Assembly (NCBI GenBank): GCA_010015585.1
Contig: ML975171.1
Direction: 5' to 3' (one strand)
Origin: Eremomyces bilateralis CBS 781.70
Taxonomy: Eukaryota
DNA: 64,000 nucleotides
This document shows, piece by piece, positions 1 through 12,102 of this stretch. Both the position numbers and the translations under genes were made by a program. The notes under the pieces were generated by a model that was given only the letters and a program-made list of their open reading frames with translations, searched no databases and was not told where the DNA came from. Position 1 is the stretch's first letter. Each line of letters opens with the position of its first letter.

Positions 1-1
1 G

Positions 2-94
2 GCGTCCTTGGAGCTCGAGGAGTGGATGAAAGAACAAGTCATGAATTTATTGGAAGGGTTGCTTATTCGATTGGAGATTATCTTCAGGTCTTGA
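2..94 (+). CDS. Possible 3' end of a gene entering from the left edge (ASLELEEWMKEQVMNLLEGLLIRLEIIFRS*)
   Basis: Open frame from base 2 to TGA at 92-94 with an amphipathic-helix-like sequence; too short to identify. Confidence 0.3.
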   Translation, partial: ASLELEEWMKEQVMNLLEGLLIRLEIIFRS

Positions 95-276
95 TATATG
101 GAAATCTGACGAACACCTTTCCCTTGCGGGTTTCGGCTGAAGCATATCCAAATCGGAATGGTATTCCATATACATGTTTACCGCGCCTTCGAAACCCCCT
201 GTAAATGGATTTTATTATAGCAACCCGTTCCGAATGTATCCTTTCCCCCTCCTGCGTTCTGCTGGGGTGTCTCCAC

Positions 277-1051
277 CTACTTGTTCATCTGGTTCTCTCT
301 GTGCTTTTGGTACAGTTGCTGGTACTCGGGCGTCGTATCCCCAATCAAATTACTCGCTAGACTCAAGCCACTCCATTTGGGGAGCCTATCATTGATATCG
401 ACAGCCCGAGCGCCGTAGAACATATGGCACCTATGTGAGTGTTAGCCCCTCCCTGGTCCGACAGCATTGGACGGCATATACCTTGGCCTAAAGTTGGGTC
501 TGTCTTTCTCGTCCATCTTGATCAAGGATGGGAACAAGAGGATCATGTTTCGGCCCTCGTCCATAATGGGAGTGTGGCAGAACGCGCAGCGGACTTTGCA
601 GGGGAGTTTGTGATCGGCGGTCTTTGTGCTCGGGTCGTACCATTCGAGGTTATGGTGGCCGTGGACGAAATTGATGTCGTCCTTATGAAAGATTGCCGCC
701 CATTGAAAGGGTGCCCCTGCATCGCTACGATTAGTTTGAGTCGCAGCTCTCGGCGGGCGAGCACTTACCGTGCTGGGTCTGGCAGGTGCTGCAATGACAG
801 AACTTGACATCCAACGGCTTCTCTCGTGACAGTTGGTATTTCACTTCTCCACAATGGCATTCCCCCTCGTAGCGGGCAATGAAGTTCTCGCTTGGTTCAC
901 GGGCTCGATATGGTGTCTTCTTTTTCCAGGCATTGATTCCCTCTGTGTTTTTGTCCGCTGAAATAGCATGCTGCATAGCCGTGGCCTCCGGTCGCTCGTA
1001 GTTCCCTAGCTCTAGGTGGTGGTCACTCCTGTCCGATCCTCTCGGTGCCAT
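277..1051 (-). CDS. GFA / Mss4-like (CENP-V family) zinc-binding protein, 3 exons
   Basis: Motifs YEGECHCG, FCHCSTCQ, VRCAFC and CHMFYG..LPKW; introns 717-768 and ~431-481 with GT/CTAA(C/T)/AG; stop TAG at 277-279. Confidence 0.85.
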
Positions 1052-1865
1052 GGTAGTAGAGAAAGTGCACTGGTTTTAGATCTGGGATGGAGCAGTACCG
1101 CGAGAGACCGAACCGAAGAAGGGGATGACGTCGGAGGGCTGAAGTAGCTAGCGGATCTGTACGGACGTAAGCCGTTTCAGGGTAGCAGTTCAGTCTGGGC
1201 AACAGTATTGAGAAAGCAAATGATTTGAAGAAAATGAAAACCTTTCGGCCATTCGAATCATATGAGCTAGATCAACCATGGTCTTGCTTTTCTGCACAGC
1301 ACACCGCGTGTCGCTGCGATGACTCCCCGCACTTCAGCAGGGCTGCAGGGGGTGAGGGCACACGCGAATGATACGACGCGAGGAATCACGCTGGCACGTG
1401 ATATCCTCCCCTAATTCCGGCCTTCCAGGTGCCCCGAATACGAGCGGGATGCTATGCTGATTCGGAGCGCCGATATTCGGTGCATGCGAAGTCCAGTGAC
1501 GGCAGCCATTGCATGCAAGGACGCAAGGAGCCTTGTTTGATACTGGAAGACAGGTCGTGGCATGACTAAGATCTACTTAGAATGTCTGTTTCAGGAATTT
1601 GAGACTGAGTCTACTGCATATTAAGGTGCTGGTGTATTTACCAGGTAAGGAGGTATGCCTGTGCTACGGCGGCCGTCCACATGAAACCACGCTCATCCAA
1701 AGTCGTAAGAATGCCCACAGTATGCTGCCGGTTATGCTGCTTTTGTAACGAATCAATATCCAGAACCCTATCTCCCCTGCAAATCCCGGTATCGCAACCT
1801 GACCGGATATCCCCTAATTGCGAGGGTTTCCACTACTGGCCACGTAGAACGATCGTATGTTCTCA

Positions 1866-4800
1866 TTACCTCAACAGGCGCTCGGCTTCTTTGGTCGGAA
1901 GACCGAAGACATTCATCAAATAATCAAGTCTGTCATAAGCATCAGTAACAGTCGACAGCAAAGGGAGAAGGGCCGTACTTCGTATCACGCGCGACTCGTT
2001 CGTACACCTCCTCAAATCGAGCCTCGCATTGCTCCATCACCACCTTTTTCTTCGGCGGGATTATCGTCTTCACTCGTAGCTTGAACAAGCCACTCACAGG
2101 TCGGTGGTCCGACACCCGGATTTCATGCCGTTTGTAGTTGACCTGCTTCATATTCCCAAGCCCGCGATACAGAATCCGATCGCACCAGGCGGGCGACCGC
2201 TTCTTCTCCGAGGTGTCGTAGCTGTCGGTACCCACATCATATTTGTATGTGGGCGCAAACGTAATGGGCAATTCGTTGAATGCACGAAGCCGGAACCTGG
2301 GGTTTTTCTTCCTCGAGAGAAGCAGCTGATCCCGTTCCAGAAGTTTGCCGATGTTGTTGGCCTGGACTGCGGCGATGACGGCGTCGCGGCTCATGGTGTC
2401 GATACGGTAGTTGAGATCGCCGTTGAGGATGCAGATTTCGTGGTCGAGGATCATCGATCCATCACCGCCGCCAACGAATATATCGGATTTCCGTTCAGGG
2501 TCGACCTCGACTGGGAGAGATGTGGATTCCATGATGCCGGCGACGTGGTTGTTCCTATGGACCGTCTGAGACTGACCCGCGGCCAAGTGGCAATTGACGA
2601 AACACAAGGAAGTGTCGTCTAGAACGAATCGAACGATAAGAGAACCCTGGACTACGGTTTAGCAACGACCAAATAGTTGCCGGGACATAGACTCACCTTG
2701 TTTCCATGGTATCCGCCCATTCCAAGCTTCACCTCCGACGCGCCAAAGTAACTGATGCGTTGCCGCTCAGTGTCTTTGACGAAGATGCAAGTAAACAAGC
2801 CGATAAGATTACAGGTGTGCAGTAGCACATATGTATGATCTGGGATATGCTCTTGCAAGCACCGAGCAAGATGATCCCTCCATTCTCGGTATCGATGGCT
2901 CATGTGCTCCTTCTCATTCGAGTCTTTCTTCTTCTTGAAGAAGCTCTTAGCGGTCACCTTCTTGTCTTCCAGGTCCACGAGCTCTTGAAATCCGAAGATC
3001 AGGATATCCGGAGGCTCTTGGGCCGTGAGGTGCTCCTGGAAGAAATTCGCGTCTCGTTGATCGTGTCGGAGTGCGGTGGGCTTCACGGCCCCGGCATTCC
3101 ACGTTGTGACAAGCGCGCTCACCTCGCGGAAGTCGCAAAACTCCGTATCACGCTGTTGCATCTCGCTTTCCAACCAGTCCGTCGAGAGCATCCCGTCCCA
3201 TAAGCGCGCCACATTGTCCGTTCCCAAGGACACCACCTGCAGCCGGTTCAGGTGCCACAGGCTCGTTCGGTCGGCAACGATGCCTGCGATTGTGGACTCA
3301 TGTGCATGCCAGTCTTTCTTGACCATCCAAGGCTGCACTGAGGTATCATAGATGTATATCATCCCCGTATTATACCCAGCCCAGAGATAATCCCCAACGC
3401 CAACCAATGTGCTGAGCTTGTAGAGACTGACACTAACGACACTGATGCAGGAATAGTCCTTCCGGGAATATACGGAAACTTTCCCATCGATGTGGCCAAA
3501 GTATATGCGATCGGCTTGGGAACTGATGATGGCGCCAGAAGTGACATCGCCGGCCCCAGCCTGAGCGAGCGGATTCCTGCTGGTGACATCTTTCGTCATA
3601 TTAGTCGCGCTATTGTGCTCGTAGATGCGAATTTCTCGGCCCGTCGCTAACCAGAGTTGTTTTCCCGCCATCATGGAAAACGTATGGCCCGGAAAGACGT
3701 TGAAGCTTTGCGGCATCATAGTTAGGTTAGGTGTTCCCGTTTCGTCCGGCGGCCAGACGTTTACCCTTCCAGAAACATCAAGCGACCACAAGTCACCCGC
3801 GTGCCGGTAGATTTTGATAACCTCGCGGCGGCTATGCGCGCTGGATTTCGTTGTAATCACCGTCTGGGACGGGATATCAATTTCCTGGATCTCGCCTGTC
3901 GTCGAGCCCACCCAGATCCGCTTTCCTTGGTCTTCGATATTCTGCGCAGGCTTAAATACCAAGGCAGTCATTTTGGTATTTTCCCCGTGGCTGATGCTCA
4001 TCAGGAGCTCGCCGGTTCGAAGGCTCCATGCGCGGGTGTAGTACCCGGCCGTACAAAGGAACTCACCAGCCACTGCGAAGAGTTTGGTATCGTACTTCGT
4101 CGCGATATCATAAGGGCGCTCCCGAAACCTGGGAGGCCGTCGATTTGATTGAGATGAATCGGGATAATCGTTCAAAGTGGGTGTCGGCTTAGCGTTCATC
4201 ACCTCGACCTCCTCGTCGGAGTCGCTTGGAACGAACGGGCTGCCGTCAAGCGCTCCGGAAGGGCGCCTAATATCTATCGATGCGCGAGAGGAAATCTGCG
4301 AAGAGGGGAGAGGCGAAGCAACATGTAATGCTCCAGGAGGAATTGTTGAGGCCCGTTTTGGAGGTGGCATAAACTTTGAATCGGCGTCCGCTACTTTCCC
4401 CGCTGCCTGCGCCAATATATCCATCGATCTAGGGGGTGGATTAGATAGAGTCAGCTGCCGTGTGAGCCCACGAGGTTCCAGGCGTGCATCTCGCCGCGGG
4501 GGAAGTCCCGGTCGATCTTCCGGTTTGTCGCCAGCTACAGCGATCGTCTGCGGTCGTGGCGGCTGCTCAGGAGGTTTCTCTTCGTCAATGCCAAACGACC
4601 GAATTGGTTGCCGTGCATTTGGGGGGGGCCTGCCTGTTTGAGGTGGAAAATGGCTCTCTTTGCTTGTAAGCCGCACGGGGCTCTTCTTGAAGCCCTTTGC
4701 CTTGGTTCGAACGTCGTCTTCTTCGCTGCTTGGAGGCGTACTAAAAGGCGATACGGCATCCTCTGATACCCTCGCGACGGGCGCAAGAGAACCATGAGAG

Positions 4801-5581
4801 GTGGGTTGGAGGGATAGAATTGGGATTGTCGGCTTCGGTTTCGCAGATCTATTGATAGGTGGAGGTTCGGAATGCGCTGTCTGAAGAGGAGTATTGGGCC
4901 GACTAGCCACAGGAGAAGCATTGAGGCTTTTCTTCGGTTCCGAGCCTCGGGGTGGCGGTGGAGCTGGCGGTTGCTTCGTGTCTAATCTAGGAGCGGTTCC
5001 AATAAGAGGCCTATTCGGAGAGGGTCGGCGTATAGTAGGAGAGGGCGGTCGGGAAGACGTTGGAGATTGCTGGCGTAACCCATTCGGAAACCTAGGAACG
5101 GTAGCGGATTGCGAAACCGCTTCGGATAACTTCGGCGAGCTTTTTGGAGAGTCTATCTTCACCTGCAGCGGTGTCTTCGGTGGAGAGTAGTGGCCATGGA
5201 CCGACATTGGGCGAGGTCTCCTGCCTGGCGAAGGCGAATCCCTTGGCCGGAAGGCGCTGCGCCAGCGTTGTCCGTTAGTTCCATTTCCAGTGCTTGTGCT
5301 CGATTCAGAAAGTGTGTTGTCGCGTGGGATGTCTAGGGACACTCTTCCGTCGTCTCGCAATCTCGGGACACTCGGCTCTTCAAGGAATCGCTGCGAGACG
5401 GAACTCGGCTTCTTTGGGATCGGAGGAGCGGGTTTGCTAGTGGTAGTTCCTATGCTCTCGAAGTGGGATCTAAGGGACGACACTGGTTTCTGGAGATATG
5501 TTAGGGTCTTGCAACCGGTTCCAGGTTCAAGAAACATACAATAGAGCTTTCGTCCTTGCTCTCCCCGGTATTGCCTCCCAT
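1866..5581 (-). CDS. Inositol polyphosphate 5-phosphatase with Pro-rich N-terminus and WD40-like beta-propeller region, 4 exons
   Basis: Catalytic motifs TWNAG, FGFQE, FVNCHLAAG, GDLNYRI, PTYKY, PAWCDRIL, SDHRPV; first exon MGGNTGESKDESSI (5540-5581); introns 5490-5539, 2647-2696 and ~1930-1978. Confidence 0.92.
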
Positions 5582-6472
5582 GATGTACCCAATCCTACAC
5601 CCCGAAACGGGGCAATGACCACACTTCGCAAGCGCCAGCCAGAGGTGTATGGTGAGTCCCCTATAACTCCATGGAAATCAATATAGCGGATGCGGTAGAT
5701 GTCGGATGTATAAGGGCAGAGGGAAATTCGCGAACTCGGAATGTACAGGGTCTGTTCTCTTGATCCAACATGTCAGACTCTAGGCATATAGGAATTCCCT
5801 TCCCTTGGATTCTTCAAAGATTGGCCTGCCACCCAGATGTTCCCGACGTCGAGCGCTCTGGGGAACAGCCCTTGGCCATGGAGAACGCCCAAACCGTCCT
5901 TCGTCACCGTACCGGATAGCTGGGGGAGAAGGCTGCTCCGAGGGAACAATGACGAGCAGAGCAGCGGAATTGCCGTCGGGAAGGTCTAAGTCAGGCTGAC
6001 GATTTTGAGGATGGAATGGCAGTCAGCGGAAGGACTTGGGTTGAAGGAGCCAGTCTGATGGAGCGGTTTAGAAACGGGATCCGATATTTTACGTGTCAAG
6101 TGTTCGAGGTACCTGGGCAGCCGACCAATCTGCCATAGATGTATTCCGTCAGGTGGTAGTATGGCTAGCCGTTATGTTAATGCGCCAGTTTCACCTGCAA
6201 TCCAACGTCTCAAGTGCACAGTGAGCTCACGTTGGTGGCGATGGGATCTGCTGTGTGGGGTACTTGCAGGGCGCAGGCGGACTGGTGAAGCTGCCACCGT
6301 CATCTGTCGCAAAAGGAAAAAGCTCATAATAATAACTCTCCCTCTGGAATCCTCCTGGCACATCGACAAACATTCCGATATCCTGCAGCTCCAAGATCTG
6401 CCGGTTGACACCTTAATGTGCTACATCACCGAGGATACTATTTCGGACTTTCTGCTGATTTAGCTGGTCACC

Positions 6473-7042
6473 ATGTGGTAGGCCTGCCCCCTTAAATTAA
6501 GGGACATCCATATATTGACGAGGCCACAGCAAACATGTCTTGAACGCCCAGGTGTCCATTCGATCCCCTTGCTGTAAGTCCATGTCACTTGGTTGTCGAT
6601 CGCCGTATTAATATCCATAGGCAAGAAATGGTTCGATTGTGCCGAGTGCCACCACGAGAAGGAGACCCATCCGTTATTGCAGCGATATGAGATGATTTTT
6701 GGGTGCAAGAAGTGCAGCAAGGTCTTCCGCAAAGATGCCAGAGAGTTCGAAGACAGGTATGGAACGTGGGTGCCGTTGAAAATATTCTTACGCTGATCAT
6801 TACAAGTGATGAGTACTGCCCTCATTGCGATAATCACTTCGTTCTGGATGCCAAAACCCCTCAAGCGGCATTGAATGTGGAGAGTGAAGATCCGCGGAAA
6901 GATTCCCGGTGGGTACAATGCTATTATGCACTTGTAGAACGCGATCTAATTGTATTACAGGATGCTCAAAGACAACAGGGTGCGGGAAGCTGACAAGCAG
7001 ACCATCTTCGACGTCAAAGAAGCCGCAGAGCGGTTAGGTTAG
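6473..7042 (+). CDS. CHY-type zinc finger protein, 5 exons
   Basis: Spliced product MCKHVLNAQVSIRSPCCKKWFDCAECH...CKKC...YCPHCDNHF; four canonical introns; stop TAG 7040-7042. Confidence 0.88.
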
Positions 7043-7232
7043 GTCAAGGCGACACCATGGCCTAAGGCGCGGCTGTCGGGAATGAGGATCATGATGTTGT
7101 TATGCGATTCCTTTTCGTCCGATACCAAATACCATTTGATGCCCTGACTTTGCATTCTATGAACGAAACGCCAACGCTCCATATATGACACCGTCCGTGA
7201 TCCTCCACGTCTCCATGCCTGTGTCTGGCATC

Positions 7233-8197
7233 TCATGCGCCGGATCCTTCGCCCGACTGCCTCGTAAGGATGGCCGCGGTGCCACTGCCTGGTGCACGGC
7301 CAGGTCTTCGATTCGCCGCCTCCTCCTGCTTCTCCGTGTCGATGCTCTCCACGTACTTTTCGATCGCGTCGTCCGCAAGCATTTCGACCGGCTTCCCAGG
7401 GGCCATAATAGCGATTTCGATGTTTTTCGCCCCGGTTTGCACCACCTCCAGGAGAGACTTGACGGTCAGCTTGATAGTGTCCTCTCGGTTCATATCTGGC
7501 TTGTGGTTTCGCTCGAGGAATTCTCGGACGGTCTTGCTCGACCTTCCAATGGCGTTTGCTTTCCTATATGACGTTTAGCCCCAGTCCGTTCTAATGCGCA
7601 ATATAATGTTACCAGGCTGAATAGATCCCCGATGGCTCCGTCTGATACAGAAACGGGGTCTTGTCATTCTTGTCAAAGCCCACAATCAGCGTGCTGATTC
7701 CGAACGGCCGGACACCACCGCTCTGTGTGTATCGCTGCTGCACTCCGGCGATATATTTCGTGATGTATTCTATTGATACCGGGTCCTCCACGGTCAGCCT
7801 GTGTGATTGCGCTTCCAGCCGTGCCTTGTCGACCAATATCCGCGCGTCCGCGTGCAGCCCGGCAAACGCGAGGGCGACGTGATTGTCGACGAGACATATC
7901 TTCGATGGAGTGATTCGTGTGTCTTGGAGTTTCATCGCCGACCGTTTCTCGCACCCAAGGACAACTATATCTTGGCCCTTGACCCCAACGGCGCAGGTTC
8001 CTGCCAAAGTTTAGTATAGGAACCGATGGAGGGTGTGTAGTTGAACACACCTCGTTTCACGGCTTCAAGAGCATATTCGACCTGAAAGACGTGTCCATCG
8101 GGACTGAATACTAATAACTTGTCAACAAACCTATAGCACAAGATGGTCAATAGCGGAAAGGCATACCAGAGAGTGCTCGATCGTAGCCAGATGCCAT
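7233..8197 (-). CDS. PRE6: 20S proteasome subunit alpha4, 4 exons
   Basis: [65 protein letters not shown]. Confidence 0.96.
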
Positions 8198-8699
8198 CGT
8201 GACGGTGAAGGCAAACTAAGCAGGTATTCCGAAAGGCTTCAACAAGGTAACGTGAATAGGAGGGAGCGAAGTTCAAATGAGAACCAGCAGGATTTAAGAC
8301 AACAGTTTGAGTATTCCGAGGTGTTGGGAGGTTGTGGAGAGCAGTTGGTGTGAGATGATGCTTTGCGCGTTCAGACTGAAGCCTTCCTGAGTCCTGACAC
8401 CCTGAGGAGTGAGGTCGGCGAAGCTTGAGCTCTGGCCAATCAGAGCTTTGTGGTGGTTGGAGGTTGTGCAGGGGGGAACTTGAAATTCAGGACACAAGGC
8501 CATAAGGCTTACAAAATGGCATCATATCAGCATCCTTAACCTCAATATGGCAACCCGAGCCCGCGAGTAGAATACTTACCCGACCACTACAGATTAGTCC
8601 AACGGGCGATAGCTGGGGGTTTGAATACACTCGTTATTGTGACAGTCTTCTCTTTTTTTTTAGGCGATCAGCCAGATCCAAGCTGACATCACGGCCTCA

Positions 8700-10484
8700 A
8701 TGGCGGCAGCAATTCCTCGCCGGGCACTCCGTTGCCCAAGAATATCAAATCTCGGCTCAAGAGCTGCTCAACAATTTCCCACCGGACGACCTGGTCAGTT
8801 ACCTGGATGCATATGGCAACGGCACTTCTCCATTCAGGCACCTCGATGTGTCAAATTGACCTCTGAAACGTGCATTTTCCCGAATTGAAATCCAATAGCT
8901 GTATCACGAACTAACATTGGCTAGATATCCGAATCTGAAGAGAGATCCCAGGTTCGCGACGATAACCGAGGACCATGTATCCTTCTTCAAAGGGGTCCTT
9001 GGATCCGAAACTGCTATTATTGATGGAGTCTCAAAAGATGCTTCGGATGAGCTTGTAGCGTTCAACCAAGACTGGATGAACAAGTATCGTGGCCAGTCCT
9101 CTTTGGTCTTGAAGCCCGAGAATACCAATCAAGTCAGCAAAATCCTGAAGTATTGCAATGAGAACAGCCTTGCCGTTGTCCCACAAGGGGGCAATACCGG
9201 CTTGGTTGGGGGCTCAGTTCCAGTCTTCGATGAGATTGTCGTCAGTACTCAGCGAATGAACAAGATCAAGTCATTCGACGAAGTCTCGGGATCGCTGGTT
9301 CTTGAAGCCGGCGTCGTTCTAGAGGTTGCGGATGGCTACTTGGCTGAACGGGGTCATATTTTCCCCCTTGACCTGGGAGCAAAAGGTTCCTGCCATGTTG
9401 GTGGCAACGTCGCAGCGAATGCTGGCGGTCTTCGGCTCCTACGATATGGTTCTCTTCACGGAAGCGTTTTGGGTATTGAAGCTGTTCTTCCGGATGGAAC
9501 CATCGTGGACGACCTAGGCACCCTGCGTAAGAATAACACAGGCTACGACATCAAGCAACTCTTCATTGGAGGCGAAGGGACAATCGGCATGATCACCGGC
9601 ATTTCCATTCTCTGCCCCCGGCGATCTGCGGCCATGAACGTCTGCTACTTTGGTTTGGAGAGCTACGAGCAGGTGCAGAACGCGTTCCAGGAAGCGAAGA
9701 AGCAGCTCTCGGAGATCCTCTCGGCGTTCGAAATGATGGACGGCCACACCCAAAATCTTGTTTCCAAAGTCTCCGGGAAGCCACTCCCGATTGAGGGCGA
9801 GTACCCATTCTACTGCCTGATCGAGACAAGTGGGTCCAATAGCGAGCACGATAGCGAGGTACGTACAGGACGAATGGGCTCCAAGGAATGCTGCTAATGA
9901 CTACTTAGAAATTGCAAACATTTTTGGAGGATGTTATGGAGAAAGGCATTGTCCAGGACGGTACAATGGCGCAAGACCAGACCCAGATACTGAATCTCTG
10001 GTCGTTCAGGGAACGTATCCCCGAGGCCCTGCAACATTGGGGAGGTGTCTACAAGTACGACGTCTCCATCCCAATCCAGGACATGTACAAATTGGTGGAA
10101 GACACTCGGGCTCGCTTGACGAAAGCGGGGCTTCTTGGAGATGACGACAGCTATCCCGCCATCGACGCTCTTGGCTATGGCCATATCGGTGATTCGAACT
10201 TGCATCTCAATGTGGCCATGAGGAGATACGACAAGCGTGTGGAGAAAGAATTGGAGCCTTTCATCTACGAATGGATCGCCGGCCGCAAGGGGAGCATCAG
10301 CGCAGAACATGGCCTCGGACTGCAGAAGAAACCATACATCCAGTATAGCAGAAGCGAGACCATGGTGGGATTGATGAAGCAGATCAAGAACCTCTACGAT
10401 CCTGTAAGTGCAGCACACCTCATATTGGTTTCCTCGCTGACATCTCTTCAGAATGGGATCATGAACCCGTACAAATATATCTAG
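8700..10484 (+). CDS. DLD2: Mitochondrial FAD-linked D-2-hydroxyglutarate/D-lactate dehydrogenase (DLD2/AIP2 type), 4 exons
   Basis: Arg-rich presequence-like N-terminus; [64 protein letters not shown]. Confidence 0.92.
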
Positions 10485-10580
10485 CTTCGATTCAATCCTT
10501 GCATAGATACCCGGATATCGAGTACAATAGGTTTATCTTAAAAGCTCATTCGCCCAAATCGCTTTCCACTACGACGTGTT

Positions 10581-11773
10581 CTATTCAAGAACGATATATT
10601 TCGTGAGATGCTCAGGAATAGCACCGAGGAGCTTCTTCTCTGTCAACCACTTCCGTGAGAACAGGCGGTCCGCATATCGATACGCTCCGTCAGCGAGCAC
10701 CGTGACAACCGTATGGCCGGGGCCCATTTTCTCTGCGACTTCTTGCGCTGCCACCACATTGAGACACGAGCTCGCACCGAGATACAGCCCCTCCTCATCC
10801 AAACATCGGTATACCATGGTAATCGTCTTCTCATCGCTGATGTGCACCGAGTCATCAACAAGGTCGATATCCGGCTTCAAGTTATCCGTAATCCGACCTT
10901 GTCCGATTCCCTCCGTGATTGAGCCACCCGCTCGCTCGGCCAGCTTCCCACCGCTCTGGATGTACGAATGTAAAACGGAGCCTGGCGGATCGGCGAGGAA
11001 GCTCTTGACCCGGCCTCCCGATTTCTCCTTCAAATAACGCGTGACGCCCGCGAGAGTTCCACCGGTTCCAGTCGCACAGGTGAAGGCATCCACTTTCCCC
11101 TCCGTCTGATACCAGATTTCCGGACCCGTCGTTTCGATGTGGGCTTGGCGGTTGGCGACGTTATCGAACTGGTTCGTCCACACCGCGTTGTCCAGGCTGT
11201 CCGCATGTCTCTTCGCCTGATGGTTATAGTTCTGCGGGTTGTCGAACGCCACGGCTGGGACGGGGTACACTTCCGCCCCTAATAGCCGCAGTAGATCAAT
11301 CTTTCCCTGGGATTGTGTGTTCGGCATGTAGATGACCAGCTTGTATCCTTTCGATCGGCAGACATGGGCGAGCCCGATGCCGGTGTTGCCGGCGGTTCCT
11401 TCGATGACGGTCCCGCCAGGTTTTAGAAGGCCTTGCTTTTCGGCGTTCTCGACGACATATAGGGCAGCGCGGTCCTTGACGGAGCCTCCGGGGTTCTGGA
11501 ATTCGGCTTTCCCAAGGACTTCACAGCCGGTCTGCGCGGAGATCTTGTTCAGGCGGATCATAGGCGTGTTGCCAATGGCTTCGGCAGTTAGTTGGGACGC
11601 ATGCTAGTCGCGAGGCTGGGGGAGATACCATCGACGAGGCCTCGTTTCGCGACTCCTTGCGCTTGCGACACCCGGATTGAATGCTGCTGTCCGGCTTCTA
11701 TGTCGCCCACTATGGAGGAATAACACCGTCGCCCGGCTCGGACGGCGAGCCGCCGTGAAGCAACTCCGATCAT
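10581..11773 (-). CDS. cysB: Cysteine synthase (O-acetylserine sulfhydrylase, PLP-dependent) with mitochondrial-type presequence, 2 exons
   Basis: [19 protein letters not shown] (PLP lysine), [19 protein letters not shown]; intron 11579-11628. Confidence 0.93.
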
Positions 11774-12102
11774 TTTGGTTGCAATTACAAGACCTAGAGT
11801 TTCAAAGTAATTCGGGATGCTCCAATCCAAAACTGCTTCAAGAAGAGAATGTCATAAGTACCAATTAGCAATACTGGTACGTATCGCTAGGGCGTGAATT
11901 TCACCAATGGCGCGGGTTAACGACTTGACGTGATGGCGGTTCGGTCCCGCCGGAATCGCTCCGTCGGCAAATCTTCGGTCTGAGGTTTGTTTACACACAT
12001 GCACTACAATGCTCTTCGATCAGCGACAGGAAGACCATTCGATGAGATGAACAACCTCTCACTTTGCTACAAGCATAAACTGTTCCTTTGATTCTTTCAG
12101 AC

